DNA from: an uncultured Chloroflexia bacterium
Lineage (GTDB): Bacteria; Chloroflexota; Limnocylindria; QHBO01
Length of the DNA: 64,000 bases
Assembly: GCA_963825525.1 (NCBI GenBank)
Contig: CAWGTN010000002.1
Coordinates: 608,001-672,000 of the forward strand
Reading direction: 5' to 3'
In this document: positions 1-10,090 of the stretch, one piece after another
Layout of the letters: each line of letters starts with the position of its first letter
Numbering within the stretch: the first letter of the stretch is position 1
The notes under the pieces: model-generated
Databases searched by the model: none
What the model was told of the DNA's origin: nothing
The model's input: the letters and a program-made list of their open reading frames with translations, nothing else
Position numbers and translations under genes: made by a program

Positions 1-197
1 CGCGCCTGGTTCGCGTTAGCCGTCCGAGTGGCACACAGCCGGGCCCGCCCACGCTCGCGGACTCGCGATCCACGACGCCACAACCCGCTAATGCGAACCA
101 CACAAGCGGTTGTCAAGACGGTGCGGCTCGCATCGCGAGGGCAGACCGCCACGTCCAGGGAAGGGTGTCGCCACGGAACCGCCTCCGCGGCTACCAT

Positions 198-2900
198 ATG
201 ACCAACATGCAGCAGCCAATTCACGAGATCTTCGACCAGTTCAAGCAGCAACTCCCGGACATCGATCCGGTCGAGACGCAGGAGTGGCTCGAGTCGCTCG
301 ACGCGCTGGTCGAGGCCGCCGGCCCGGAGCGCGCGCGATTCGTCGTCTTCAAGCTGCTCAAGCGCGCGCGACAGCTGCAGGTCGGGCTGCCGACGCTGAC
401 CCAGACGCGCTACATCAACACGATCAGTCCCGAGCAGGAGCCGTACTTCCCCGGCGACGAGGCGATGGAGCTCAAGATCCGCCGCCTGATCCGGTGGAAC
501 GCCCTGGCCATGGTCCTGCGCGCGAACACGAAGTTCGAGGGCATCGGCGGCCACCTGTCGACGTACGCATCGGCGGCCAGCCTGTACGAGATCGGCTTCA
601 ACCACTTCTTCCGGGGCTCCGATACCGGTACCGGCGACCAGATCTACTTCCAGGGACATGCCGCACCCGGCATCTACGCGCGAGCCTTCCTCGAGGGCCG
701 GCTCACCGAGGAGAACCTCGACCATTTCCGGCGCGAGGCGCTCACCCCCGATGTCGGGCTATCGAGCTATCCGCATCCGCGGCTCATGCCCGACTTCTGG
801 CAGTTCCCGACCGTGAGCATGGGGCTCGGGCCCATGGCCGCCGTCTACCAGGCCCGGTTCAACCGGTACCTTGCCGCGCGCAACATCGCCGACACATCGG
901 CCGCTCGCGTCTGGGCCTTCCTGGGTGACGGGGAGATGGACGAGCCCGAGTCTGTCGGGGCGCTCTCCCTGGCCGGACGCGAGGGGCTCGACAACCTGAC
1001 GTTCGTCGTCAACTGCAACCTCCAGCGCCTCGACGGCCCGGTCCGCGGCAACGGCAAGATCATTCAGGAGCTGGAGGCCGTCTTCCGCGGTGCCGGCTGG
1101 AACGTGATCAAGGTCATCTGGGCACGCGAGTGGGATGACCTCCTGGCCCGCGACACCGACGGGGTCCTGCTCAACCGCATGAACGAGACCCTGGATGGCG
1201 ACTATCAGCACATGGCCGTGAGCGATGGCGCCACCATCCGGGAGAAGTTCTTCGGTGGCGATCCGCGACTCCGGGCGCTCGTCGAGCACCTGGGCGACGA
1301 CGATCTCGCGCGCCTCCGACGCGGCGGCCACGACTATCGCAAGGTCTACGCCGCGTACGCATCGGCCGTGCAGCACAAGGGTTCGCCGACGGTGATCCTG
1401 GCCAAGACGGTGAAGGGCTGGACTCTTGGCCCGGGCATCGAGGGTCGCAACGTCACCCATCAGGCCAAGAAGCTCACGGCCGATGAGCTGAAGGTCTTCC
1501 GCGACCGGCTGGAGCTGCCGATCCCCGACGACCAGCTCAAGGAGGCTCCCTACTACCATCCCGGACCCGATGCGCCCGAGATCAAGTACATGAACGAGCG
1601 ACGGGCCCAGCTCGGCGGTGCAACACCGCGGCGGCACTTCACCCCGAAGCCGCTTCCGGCGCCAAAGGACACGGCATTCAGCGAGTTCGACGCCGGCTCC
1701 GATCGCCCGGCCAGCACCACCATGGCGTTCAGCAGGCTGATCCGAAACCTGGTGCGCGACCCGCAGATCGGCTCACGCATCGTTCCGATCATCCCGGACG
1801 AGGCGCGGACGTTCGGCATGGATCCGCTCTTCAAGGAAGTCGGCATCTACAACCCGCTGGGCCAGAACTACACCCCGGTCGACAAGGAGCTGCTCCTCAG
1901 CTACATCGAGAAGACCGACGGGCAGCTGCTCGAGGAGGGCATCACGGAGGCGGGCTCCATGGCCAGCTTCCAGGCCGCCGGCACCGCCTACGCGACGTGG
2001 AGCGAGCCGGTCATCCCGTTCTACACGTTCTACTCGATGTTCGGCATGCAGCGAACCGGTGACCAGGTCTGGGCCTTCGGCGATGCCCGCGGCCGCGGCT
2101 TCATGATGGGCGCCACCGCCGGCCGCACCACGCTGACCGGCGAAGGCCTCCAGCACGACGACGGTCACTCGCACGTGCTGGCCAGCACCATCCCGAACAT
2201 CCTGGCCTACGACCCGGCCTTTGCCTACGAACTCGCGACGATCGTGCGCGAGGGCATCGACCGCATGTACGGCGAACGGGCCGATGACGTCTTCTACTAC
2301 ATCACGCTCTACAACGAGAACTGGCCGCAGCCCCCCAAGCCGGAGGGCGCCGAGGATGGCGTCCTGCGTGGCCTCTACCGGTTCAGCACCGCCGAGGCCG
2401 GGGAACGCCGAGTGCAGATCCTGGCATCCGGCCCGATCCTGCTCCAGGCGCTGCGCGCGCGCGACATGCTCCGCGAACGGTTCGACGTCGCGGCCGATGT
2501 CTGGAGCGCGACGAGCTTCCAGCAGCTGCGCAACGAGGCACTGGACGTCGAGCGCTGGAATCGCCTCCACCCCGACGCCGAGCAGCGGATTCCGTATGTC
2601 CGCCGTTGCCTGGACCCGACCGAGGGCCCGATCGTGGCGGCCACCGACTACATGAAGGCCGTCCCGGACATGATCACCCGCTGGGTGGATCGGCCCTATA
2701 CCGTGCTCGGCACCGATGGCTTTGGCCGATCCGACACGCGCGAGGCGCTGCGTGCCCACTTCGAGGTCAACGCCGAGCACATCACGTACGCCGCGCTCTA
2801 CGGTCTGTGCCTGGACGGCAAGTCGACCCCGGAGGAGCTGAAGCGCGCGATGGCGGAGCTGGAGATCGATCCGGAACGGGGCAACCCGCTCCACGCGTAG
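198..2900 (+). CDS. aceE: Pyruvate dehydrogenase E1 component (homodimeric, AceE type)
   Basis: ~900 aa ORF with DIDPVETQEW, GGHLSTYAS, SSYPHPRLMP, GDGEMDEPES (TPP), NCNLQRLDGPV, EGLQHDDG and LGTDGFGRSD. Start placed at ATG 198 (the ORF is open from GTG 165). Confidence 0.96.
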   Translation: MTNMQQPIHEIFDQFKQQLPDIDPVETQEWLESLDALVEAAGPERARFVVFKLLKRARQLQVGLPTLTQTRYINTISPEQEPYFPGDEAMELKIRRLIRWNALAMVLRANTKFEGIGGHLSTYASAASLYEIGFNHFFRGSDTGTGDQIYFQGHAAPGIYARAFLEGRLTEENLDHFRREALTPDVGLSSYPHPRLMPDFWQFPTVSMGLGPMAAVYQARFNRYLAARNIADTSAARVWAFLGDGEMDEPESVGALSLAGREGLDNLTFVVNCNLQRLDGPVRGNGKIIQELEAVFRGAGWNVIKVIWAREWDDLLARDTDGVLLNRMNETLDGDYQHMAVSDGATIREKFFGGDPRLRALVEHLGDDDLARLRRGGHDYRKVYAAYASAVQHKGSPTVILAKTVKGWTLGPGIEGRNVTHQAKKLTADELKVFRDRLELPIPDDQLKEAPYYHPGPDAPEIKYMNERRAQLGGATPRRHFTPKPLPAPKDTAFSEFDAGSDRPASTTMAFSRLIRNLVRDPQIGSRIVPIIPDEARTFGMDPLFKEVGIYNPLGQNYTPVDKELLLSYIEKTDGQLLEEGITEAGSMASFQAAGTAYATWSEPVIPFYTFYSMFGMQRTGDQVWAFGDARGRGFMMGATAGRTTLTGEGLQHDDGHSHVLASTIPNILAYDPAFAYELATIVREGIDRMYGERADDVFYYITLYNENWPQPPKPEGAEDGVLRGLYRFSTAEAGERRVQILASGPILLQALRARDMLRERFDVAADVWSATSFQQLRNEALDVERWNRLHPDAEQRIPYVRRCLDPTEGPIVAATDYMKAVPDMITRWVDRPYTVLGTDGFGRSDTREALRAHFEVNAEHITYAALYGLCLDGKSTPEELKRAMAELEIDPERGNPLHA

Positions 2901-2915
2901 CGCGGCGCGAGGCGG

Positions 2916-3386
2916 CTAGCCGCCTCCGAGCAGCGGCGTACCGCAGGTCACGCAATACGCGTCGCCGTTGGGAACCACGGCGCGGCAGCCGCGACATCGC
3001 GGCGGCGCAAGGCTGAGAAGCGCCGCGCCCACCCCGATGACCGCCGCGCGCAGATAGCGCGTCACGGGCCTCGGCCCGGATCGACGAACGTCGAGCGGCG
3101 GCCATGAATGGATCATCCCCTCGGTCGGGCGAGACATCGCCGCGTGGAATCGATGGCGTTCGCGGTCATAGATGGCACGCCATTCCGGGTCGCTCAGCAC
3201 CTGCCGCACCGTGTTGACGACCTGCATCTCCTCGGTCGCCCGACCGGACCGATTGAGATCGGGGTGGAACGTGCGCGCCAGGCGCCGGCAGGCAACCGTG
3301 ATCTCGTCGACCGAGGCGGTGGAGGGGACGCCGAGCAGGCGATAGACGTCGCGTTCGGGGGTGTATGGGAGGAGGCGCAGGGTCAT
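2916..3386 (-). CDS. J-domain (DnaJ-like) protein with C-terminal zinc ribbon
   Basis: DVYRLLGV...RRLARTFHPDLN...MQVVNTVRQVLSDPEWRAIYD J-domain with the HPD motif, followed by a hydrophobic stretch and CRGC..CVTCG. Confidence 0.8.
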   Translation of the reverse strand: MTLRLLPYTPERDVYRLLGVPSTASVDEITVACRRLARTFHPDLNRSGRATEEMQVVNTVRQVLSDPEWRAIYDRERHRFHAAMSRPTEGMIHSWPPLDVRRSGPRPVTRYLRAAVIGVGAALLSLAPPRCRGCRAVVPNGDAYCVTCGTPLLGGG

Positions 3387-3502
3387 GTCCGGACCACATG
3401 CTAGCGAATCGGGAGCGCCACTGCTGGGCCGGCAGGTGCGCCCTGTCACCATGCGGCGCAATGCCAGAATGTGTAGCGATGTTGCTATTTTGGTATGTGG
3501 GG

Positions 3503-3531
3503 TTGACATATTGTGCGCCCCAAGCTAGATT
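3503..3531 (+). promoter_or_regulatory. Sigma70-type promoter for the DUF2089 operon
   Basis: TTGACA (3503-3508), 17-nt spacer, TAGATT (3526-3531), in an AT-richer intergenic region. Confidence 0.75.
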
Positions 3532-3591
3532 GGCGTCATTCGAGTTCAATTCGACAGCCAAACAGCCGTATCTGGTAGGAGCCAGTCCGAG

Positions 3592-3735
3592 ATGTTCGAC
3601 TACCGCCTCTTCTTCGCCGGCTCGACCCTGGACGAGGGTCACGCCACCCGCCGCCCGCAAGTGGGCCACCACGACAAGCGCGTGTATCGACTCCCCGTCG
3701 AGAAGCGCGAGCAGCGCGACCGGGCGCGCCGCTAG
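3592..3735 (+). CDS. Small hypothetical protein (47 aa), not in the ORF track
   Basis: AGGAG RBS upstream. ATG3592 MFDYRLFFAGSTLDEGHATRRPQVGHHDKRVYRLPVEKREQRDRARR* with GC3-rich codons. The stop is 2 nt before the next ATG. Confidence 0.6.
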   Translation: MFDYRLFFAGSTLDEGHATRRPQVGHHDKRVYRLPVEKREQRDRARR

Positions 3736-3737
3736 CC

Positions 3738-4199
3738 ATGGGTCACGACGTCATTGCCACCTGTCCGGTCTGCAGCGGCGAGCTGTCGGTCGCGCGACTC
3801 CACTGCCGGAGCTGCGGCACCGCGCTCGAGGGCGAGTTCAGTGTCGGGCGCTTCGGCCGCCTTGACCGTGAGCAGATGAGCCTGCTGGAGTCGTTCCTCC
3901 GCTCCCGGGGCAACCTGAAGGAGATGGAGCGCGAGCTGGGCATCAGCTATCCGACGGTCCGCGGCCGGGTCGATGCCCTCATCCGCTCGCTGGGTCTGTC
4001 GGACGGGCCGGACGACGGCACGGACGTCGCCGATGGATTCGCGAAGGGTTTCGCCGACGGCTTCGCCGACGGCTTCGACGCCCAGCCCGCCGCCGATGCC
4101 GCGGCTGAGCGTCGGATGATCCTGGAGCAGCTGGCCCGCCGCGAGATCGACGCCGATGAGGCGGCTACCCGACTTCGCGAGCTCGGTGGTGCCTCCTGA
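3738..4199 (+). CDS. DUF2089 family protein (Zn ribbon + HTH + SHOCT-like C-terminus)
   Basis: CPVC..CRSC, RGNLKEMERELGISYPTVRGR and C-terminal ILEQLARREIDADEA. Confidence 0.88.
   Translation: MGHDVIATCPVCSGELSVARLHCRSCGTALEGEFSVGRFGRLDREQMSLLESFLRSRGNLKEMERELGISYPTVRGRVDALIRSLGLSDGPDDGTDVADGFAKGFADGFADGFDAQPAADAAAERRMILEQLARREIDADEAATRLRELGGAS
4029..4076 (+). repeat. In-frame 12-nt tandem repeat (ADGF/AKGF x4) in the DUF2089 linker
   Basis: gccgatggattc gcgaagggtttc gccgacggcttc gccgacggcttc. Confidence 0.75.
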
Positions 4200-5221
4200 T
4201 GGCGACCTTCGTCCGAACCCAGGAGATCGAGCACGACATCGGCTCGCACGGCCGGCTGGCCCTGCGGGTGACCGAGCCGGACGTCCAGATTCGAGCGACC
4301 GATGGCACCACGGCACGCGTCCTCGTCACCTTCGAGATCGACGCCGGATCGGACAGCGCGGCCGACGACATCTTCGAGCGGATCAAGTACCAGGTCGTCC
4401 AGGGCAACGGGTCACTCGAGGTGACGGAGCCGAAGAACTGGACGTCGGGTGGCATCGGATCGCTGGCGCGGATATTCGCGGGCGGAGCCGGTCGCGCGGA
4501 GGCACGGGTCGATGCATCGGCGCCGTCCACCTGCGACCTTCGCTATGACGGGGTCAGCGCCGACCTGACGGTCACCGGCTTCGGCGCGACGCAGGAGTAT
4601 CGGACGGTCTCGGGCGACATCGTCCTCGAGGGAATCAGCGGCGACGTGCAACTCAAGGGCGTGTCGGGTGGCGTCAGCCTGCGCGCCAACGGAACCCTCT
4701 CCAGCGTCGAGCTCAACACGGTGAGCGGCGACGTGTCGCTGGTGGCGCCGCGCATCGGCCAGCTTCGAGCGGCCACCATCAGCGGCGACCTCGACATCGA
4801 GGGCATCCTGGACGACGGGCCCGAGCACCGGGTGGAGACCGTCAGCGGCGACCTCGCTCTCGGGGTGGCCGGCGGCCTGACCCTCGAGGTGCGCGGACTC
4901 TCGACCGACGTGGCCATCCGGCTCCCCCATCGCAGCGAAGGCTCGCGGGATCGACGTCGCTACGTCCTTGGCGATGGCGGTCCGCAGCTGCGTTTCAGCT
5001 CGATGTCAGGCGATGTGGAGGTCCGCGCCCCTCGACGGGCTGACGTCCACGCCCCGCCGCCCGCGCCTCCGGCACCGACGAACCCCGACCTTCCGAACCC
5101 GCCCACCCCGCCAGAGCCAGCTGATCAGCTGGCCGTGCTCAAGGCGCTCGAACGCGGCGAGATCGACGTGGACGAGGCAACGCGTCGCCTTGCCGGCGGA
5201 GCGGGTACGCGCGATGTCTGA
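4199..5221 (+). CDS. DUF4097 (Toastrack/adhesin-like) beta-repeat protein with SHOCT-like C-terminus
   Basis: Repeated TVSGD/ISGD beta motifs, a Pro-rich linker and C-terminal LKALERGEIDVDEA. TGATG coupling with the upstream gene. Confidence 0.85.
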   Translation: MATFVRTQEIEHDIGSHGRLALRVTEPDVQIRATDGTTARVLVTFEIDAGSDSAADDIFERIKYQVVQGNGSLEVTEPKNWTSGGIGSLARIFAGGAGRAEARVDASAPSTCDLRYDGVSADLTVTGFGATQEYRTVSGDIVLEGISGDVQLKGVSGGVSLRANGTLSSVELNTVSGDVSLVAPRIGQLRAATISGDLDIEGILDDGPEHRVETVSGDLALGVAGGLTLEVRGLSTDVAIRLPHRSEGSRDRRRYVLGDGGPQLRFSSMSGDVEVRAPRRADVHAPPPAPPAPTNPDLPNPPTPPEPADQLAVLKALERGEIDVDEATRRLAGGAGTRDV

Positions 5222-5645
5222 GGAACTCGAGTCCGTCCTGCGCCTCGTCGCCGACGGCACGCTGAGCCCGGAACAGGCGGCGCCGATCATCGATGCGCTG
5301 ACCCGGGCCGAGCGCAGCGAGCGAGACGGCGGACTCTCCGACCGTATCGGCCGCAGCGTCGAAGGAGCGCATCGACGGGTCGAGGAAGCGCGCAACAGGG
5401 TCGAGGACCTCGCGGCCCGCACGAGCTCGGGTCGACAGCTTCGCATCCGTGTCACCGAGCACGGACGCCAGGTCGTGAACCTGCGGATCCCGATCGGCTT
5501 CGTGGACACTGCGCTGAGCTTCGTTCCCGGGATCGGCGGCGACCAGAGCGAGCGAATCCGCCAGGCCGTCTCGTCCGGGGTCATCGGCCCGATCATCGAC
5601 GTCGAGGATCCCGACGGCGACGGCGTCCTCATCAGCGTCGAATAC
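5214..5645 (+). CDS. SHOCT-like/YvlB-N domain protein; expected stop appears lost (ORF reads on to 5882)
   Basis: MSEELESVLRLVADGTLSPEQA...LRIRVTE..VNLRIP...DGDGVLISVE, followed by TAC at 5643-5645 where such proteins usually end. The extension overlaps the next gene. Confidence 0.65.
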
Positions 5646-5685
5646 CGAGCACATGAGCGGAGACTGATCCCTAGAATCGGGAAGC

Positions 5686-7281
5686 GTGACTCCCTCGCGC
5701 GATCCCTGGTGGAGTGGCGCTGCCATCTACCAGGTCTATCCCCGCAGCTTCGCCGATGCGAACGGCGACGGCATCGGCGACCTTGCCGGCATCCGGGAAC
5801 GGCTCGACCACCTTGCGGGCACCGAGTCGTCACTGGGCGTCGACGCCATCTGGCTGTCCCCCATCTATCCGTCACCGCTTGACGACTTCGGCTACGACAT
5901 CAGCGACTACACGGATGTCGCGCCCGAATACGGAACGCTGGCCGACCTGGATGCGCTGGTCGCCGCCTGCCACGAACGCGGGCTCCGGTTCCTGATGGAT
6001 CTGGTTCCCTGCCACACCTCGATCGAGCACCCATGGTTCATCGAGGCTCGGGCGTCACGAGAGAGCCCGAAGCGGGATTGGTACATCTGGGCCGATGCGG
6101 CGGCGGACGGTGGCGCGCCGACGAACTGGACTGCCGCTTTCGGGGGCAGCTCCTGGGAGTGGGACGAGGCCACGGACCAGTACTACCTCCACTCGTTCTA
6201 CCCGGAGCAGCCGGACCTCAACTGGCGCAATCCGGAAGTGGCCGATGCCATGGCCGACGTCATGCGCTTCTGGTTCGAACGTGGGGTGGACGGCTTCCGG
6301 GTCGACGCCATCTTCGCGGCGATCAAGGACGACCTGCTGCGCGACAACCCGCCGGACCGGCGTCCGCACGCCATCCCCGGCTTTGGCCGTGACGCCGGCC
6401 AGGACCCACTGTGGAGCATGAACCGCCCCGAGGTGCACGACGTCATCCGTCACCTGCGGCGGGTGGCCGACGAGTACCCCGGACGGGTGCTCGTCGGCGA
6501 GGCCTACGTGCCGGTCGAGGAGCTGGCCGGCTACCTGGGCCACGGCGCGGACGACGAGTTCCACCTGGCCTTCAACTTCGAGCTGCTCCTCTCGCCCTGG
6601 GAGCACCAGCACCTGACGCTGGCCATCGAACGTTCCGAAGCGCTGCATCCGCCCGACACGATGCCGACGTACGCCATCAGCAACCATGACCAATCGCGCC
6701 ACGCCACGCGCTGGGGTCCGGAGCGGGCCCGCGCCGCCGCGTTTCTCACCCTGATGCTGCGAGGCGTGGCTGTCCTGTATGCCGGCGAGGAGATCGGGAT
6801 GGTGGATGCCGACCCGGGGATCCTCCCTCGTCCGCCGTTCGATCGCGCCGGACGGGATGGTGTCCGGACGCCGATGCAGTGGGACGGCTCCCCGGGCGGC
6901 GGCTTCAGCACGGCGACTCCGTGGCTTCCGCTCATCGATCCCGAAACGCGCAACGTCGCCAACCAGGCGCAGGATCCGAAGTCGCTGCTCTCGCTGTATC
7001 GGCGGCTCATCTCGGTGCGGCAGGGCGAGCCGGCCCTGGCGCGAGGCACGCACCGCTCGATCTTCGCGGTCGGGGCCGGGGTCCTTGCCTGGCTGCGCGA
7101 GGCGGACGGCGATCGGGTACTCGTCCTGCTCAACACCGCCGCGGAACCCGCCGCCTGTTCGCTCCCCGACCTCGGTGCCGATGCCGGGGCCGTGGTGGTT
7201 GCCACGTCGGATCGATCGGGGGCCGTCACGCTGGGTGGACTGGTGCTCCAGCCACACGAGGGAATCGCACTGCGACTCTGA
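5686..7281 (+). CDS. GH13 alpha-glucosidase / oligo-1,6-glucosidase
   Basis: IYQVYPRSFADANGDGIGDL, DFGYDISDY, QPDLNWRN, GVDGFRVDA, VGEAY, SNHDQ and RDGVRTPMQW. Confidence 0.92.
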   Translation: MTPSRDPWWSGAAIYQVYPRSFADANGDGIGDLAGIRERLDHLAGTESSLGVDAIWLSPIYPSPLDDFGYDISDYTDVAPEYGTLADLDALVAACHERGLRFLMDLVPCHTSIEHPWFIEARASRESPKRDWYIWADAAADGGAPTNWTAAFGGSSWEWDEATDQYYLHSFYPEQPDLNWRNPEVADAMADVMRFWFERGVDGFRVDAIFAAIKDDLLRDNPPDRRPHAIPGFGRDAGQDPLWSMNRPEVHDVIRHLRRVADEYPGRVLVGEAYVPVEELAGYLGHGADDEFHLAFNFELLLSPWEHQHLTLAIERSEALHPPDTMPTYAISNHDQSRHATRWGPERARAAAFLTLMLRGVAVLYAGEEIGMVDADPGILPRPPFDRAGRDGVRTPMQWDGSPGGGFSTATPWLPLIDPETRNVANQAQDPKSLLSLYRRLISVRQGEPALARGTHRSIFAVGAGVLAWLREADGDRVLVLLNTAAEPAACSLPDLGADAGAVVVATSDRSGAVTLGGLVLQPHEGIALRL

Positions 7282-7306
7282 TCGCGCGGTGCTACCGTAG
7301 CGCGCC

Positions 7307-9379
7307 GTGACTCGCAATCCTCGACCCCCAGATCCCGACTGGGTCGACCCACTCCTCGAGGTACGGGAGAAGAAGCGCGGAAAGCGCCCCGGTGATGCCT
7401 ACGTCCGCATCTTCCGGCCGTTCGAGGGAGAGTTCCACCGGGGTGGCGAGGCGGGCGAGCTCATCGCCACCGAGCGCACGATCCTGGAGCGGCGCGGCTG
7501 GAAATCCGGCCTGCGGCGCATCCGGACCGGACTCATCGGCCGACCGATCAGCAGCGATCACGAGGAGCACGAGCGCCTGACCAAGGTCAAGGGGCTGGCC
7601 ATCTTCTCGAGCGACAACATCAGCTCCTCGGCGTACGGGCCCGAGGAGATCATGCGGGTGCTGGCGCTGGCGGGCACCGGCGTCCTGAGCCTGACGCTGC
7701 CGTTGGCGGGGCTGATCACGGTCATGCTGGCCATCGTCACCCTGTCATATCGGCAGACCATCAAGGCCTATCCGAAGGGCGCCAGCAGCTATCTCGTTGC
7801 CAGCGACAACCTCGGCAGCACGGCGGGCATCCTGGCCGCGGCGGCGCTGCTCATCGGCTACATGGTGACGGTCGCGGTGTCGGTGTCGGCCGGGGTGGCG
7901 GCAATGACCTCAATCGTGCCGGAGATCTACCCCGAACGCATGCTGCTGGGCGTCGGCATGGTGGCGTGCTCATGTTCGGCAACCTGCGCGGCATCCGCGA
8001 GTCCGGAACGATCTTCATGGTGCCGACCTACCGCTACATCGTGATCGATCGGCTGATGCATCTGGCCACGGCGTGCGCGCGATCGCTGTTCGGCGACATT
8101 CCCGGAGTTACACGGCGCCCGGCGGAGTGGACTGGCGCGAGCGAGGGCGGCCGGGACGCGAGGCCTCGGTATCCTGCTGATCCTGCGCGCGTTCAGCCGG
8201 GCGCCGTCGCGCTGACCGGGGTCGAGGCGATCTCCGACGGCGTGCCCGCCTTCAAGTCGCCCGAGTGGCGGAACGCGCGGATCACGCTCGATCTGGGGAC
8301 CGCGATCATCTTCGGGACCTGTTCCTGGGGATCGCGTACCTCGTCACGTCGACGGAGATCGTGCCGGACCCGTCCGAGCAGCAGACGGTCCTCAGCCAGC
8401 CTCGCGAGGCACGTCACCGGGACGGGCGCGTTCTTGTCATCGTCCAGGTCTCCACCGCACTGCTGCTGGTCCTGGCCGCGAACACGAGCTTCGCGGACTT
8501 CCCACGCTTCTCGTCGCTTCCTGGCGCGCGACGCGTTCATTCCCCGGCAGTTCGCATTCCGTGGCGAGCGCCTGGCCTTTACCACGGGCATCGTGGCGCT
8601 GTCGCTCATGGCCATCGGGCTGCTCGTGGGATTCAACGCCAGCGTCAGCGGGCTCATCCCGCTCTACACGCTGGGCGTCTTCATCGCCTTCACGCTCTCG
8701 CAGTCTGGCATGCTGGTCCGATGGTGGCGCCGCCGCGAGCCCGGCTGGCGACCCGGGCTGGCGATCAACGGCCTCGGCGCGCTGACCACGGCCGTTGTCG
8801 CGCTGGTCGTGGTCGAACGAGCAACTTCTTCCAGGGCTGGTGGCTGGTCATCGTCAATCGTGCCGCTGCTCATGATCCTGCTGCGTGCGATCAACCGGCC
8901 ACTACCGGGACATGGACGCGGCGTTGGCGCTGGACCGTATCCCGGACAATGGCGAGACCGCGGCGCGCCCGATCATCATCGTCCCCATCGCCCGACTCGA
9001 CCGGCCAGCACGCCAGGCGATCGCCTTCGCCAACTCGATCGGCCCCGAGGCGGTTGCCGTGCATGTCACGAACGATCCCGCCCAGGCCGATGCCATGCGT
9101 GAGGCCTGGCCAGCGTGGGCCGGCACCACCGAGCTGGTGGTGGTCGAGTCGCCGTATCGGGCGCTCATCGGTCCCCTGCTGGCCTACATGGATGCGCTGC
9201 AGCGTCAGGCGCCCAACCGGCCGATCCTGGTGGTGCTGGCCGAGTTCGTGCCGAATCATTGGTGGGAGAACCTGCTCCACAACCAGACGGCGCTGCGTCT
9301 CAAGCTGCGCCTGTTCGCGCGTCCCAACACCATCGTCGCCGACGTCCCGTACCACCCGCGTCGCGACGACCCGGCGTAG
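7307..9379 (+). pseudogene. APC-family permease, KimA/YdaO-like, with multiple frameshifts (probably sequencing errors)
   Basis: SSDNISSSAYGPEE, SYRQTIKAYPKG, NLRGIRESG, ALTGVEAISDGVPAFK, LAANTSFADFPR, LIPLYTLGVFIAFTLSQ and WWENLLHNQTALRLK are spread over different frames between ~7965 and ~8900. Confidence 0.85.
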
Positions 9380-9485
9380 CCAGGCGAGTGGGTAACCCGG
9401 CGTAACCGAGGTCGAATGAACCTCCAGGCGCGGACCGATTGCCGGTCGTCGGCCATCGGCTGCAGCACCAGGAGGAGAAATCCGC

Positions 9486-10067
9486 ATGCGCATTCGATCG
9501 TGGACGCCGTTGTCATTGGCAGTCGGGTTGGGGATGCTTGCGTCCCTTGCCCTGACCGGCGTGGTGGCGGCAGCCGAAACGACCCTGACCGCGACGCTCG
9601 CCCCGGTCACCGAGGGTGAGAATCCCGGCAACCCCGACGGTTCCGGAACGGCATCGATCGTCATCGATCCGGCAGCCGGCACCGCGTGCTGGGAGCTGAG
9701 CGTCGACGGCATCGGCCCCGTGCTCCAGTCCCACATTCACGTGGGCGCGGAAGGCGAGTCCGGCGACGTTGTCGTTCCCCTGGACGTTGACGGCTTCGAC
9801 GGGACCAGCGAGGGGTGCATCGAGCCGATGGAGGACGCTGCTGTGCTCCAGCAGATCCTCGACGACCCGGCGGGCTACTACGTCAACGTCCACACCGAGG
9901 ACTTCCCGGCCGGCGCGATCCGCGGCCAGCTAGCCGGCGGCGATGACTCACCGGACACGGCCGTGCCCGTGACCGATGGCTCAACGACCCTGTTCGGGGG
10001 GATCCTGCTGGCCCTGGCGGCGGCCATTGCGCTGCGAGTGTGGCGTCCGCTGGCGACGCGCGACTGA
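9486..10067 (+). CDS. Secreted CHRD-domain protein with sortase-like C-terminal anchor
   Basis: Signal peptide. SHIHVG..GDVVVPL and YYVNVHTEDFPAGAIRGQL (CHRD). C-terminal SPDTA + hydrophobic helix + RVWR. AGGAGG RBS. Confidence 0.85.
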   Translation: MRIRSWTPLSLAVGLGMLASLALTGVVAAAETTLTATLAPVTEGENPGNPDGSGTASIVIDPAAGTACWELSVDGIGPVLQSHIHVGAEGESGDVVVPLDVDGFDGTSEGCIEPMEDAAVLQQILDDPAGYYVNVHTEDFPAGAIRGQLAGGDDSPDTAVPVTDGSTTLFGGILLALAAAIALRVWRPLATRD

Positions 10068-10090
10068 GGGGTCGTTCGGCGTCGTGTTGC

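Noticed and set aside
29-45. TGGCAC upstream of aceE as a sigma54 promoter
   Set aside because: There is no GC at the -12 position (TGGCACACAGCCGGG).
5646-5882. C-terminal extension of the SHOCT-like ORF
   Set aside because: It overlaps the GH13 gene by ~200 nt with Arg/Pro-rich off-frame composition, and probably results from a lost stop codon.
7282-7306. c-di-AMP (ydaO) riboswitch before the KimA-like gene
   Set aside because: The intergenic gap is only 25 nt, leaving no room for the aptamer.
9392-9418. ECF-type promoter (GTAACC...CGAA) upstream of the CHRD gene
   Set aside because: It is a single instance with ambiguous spacing and no cognate sigma factor in the window.
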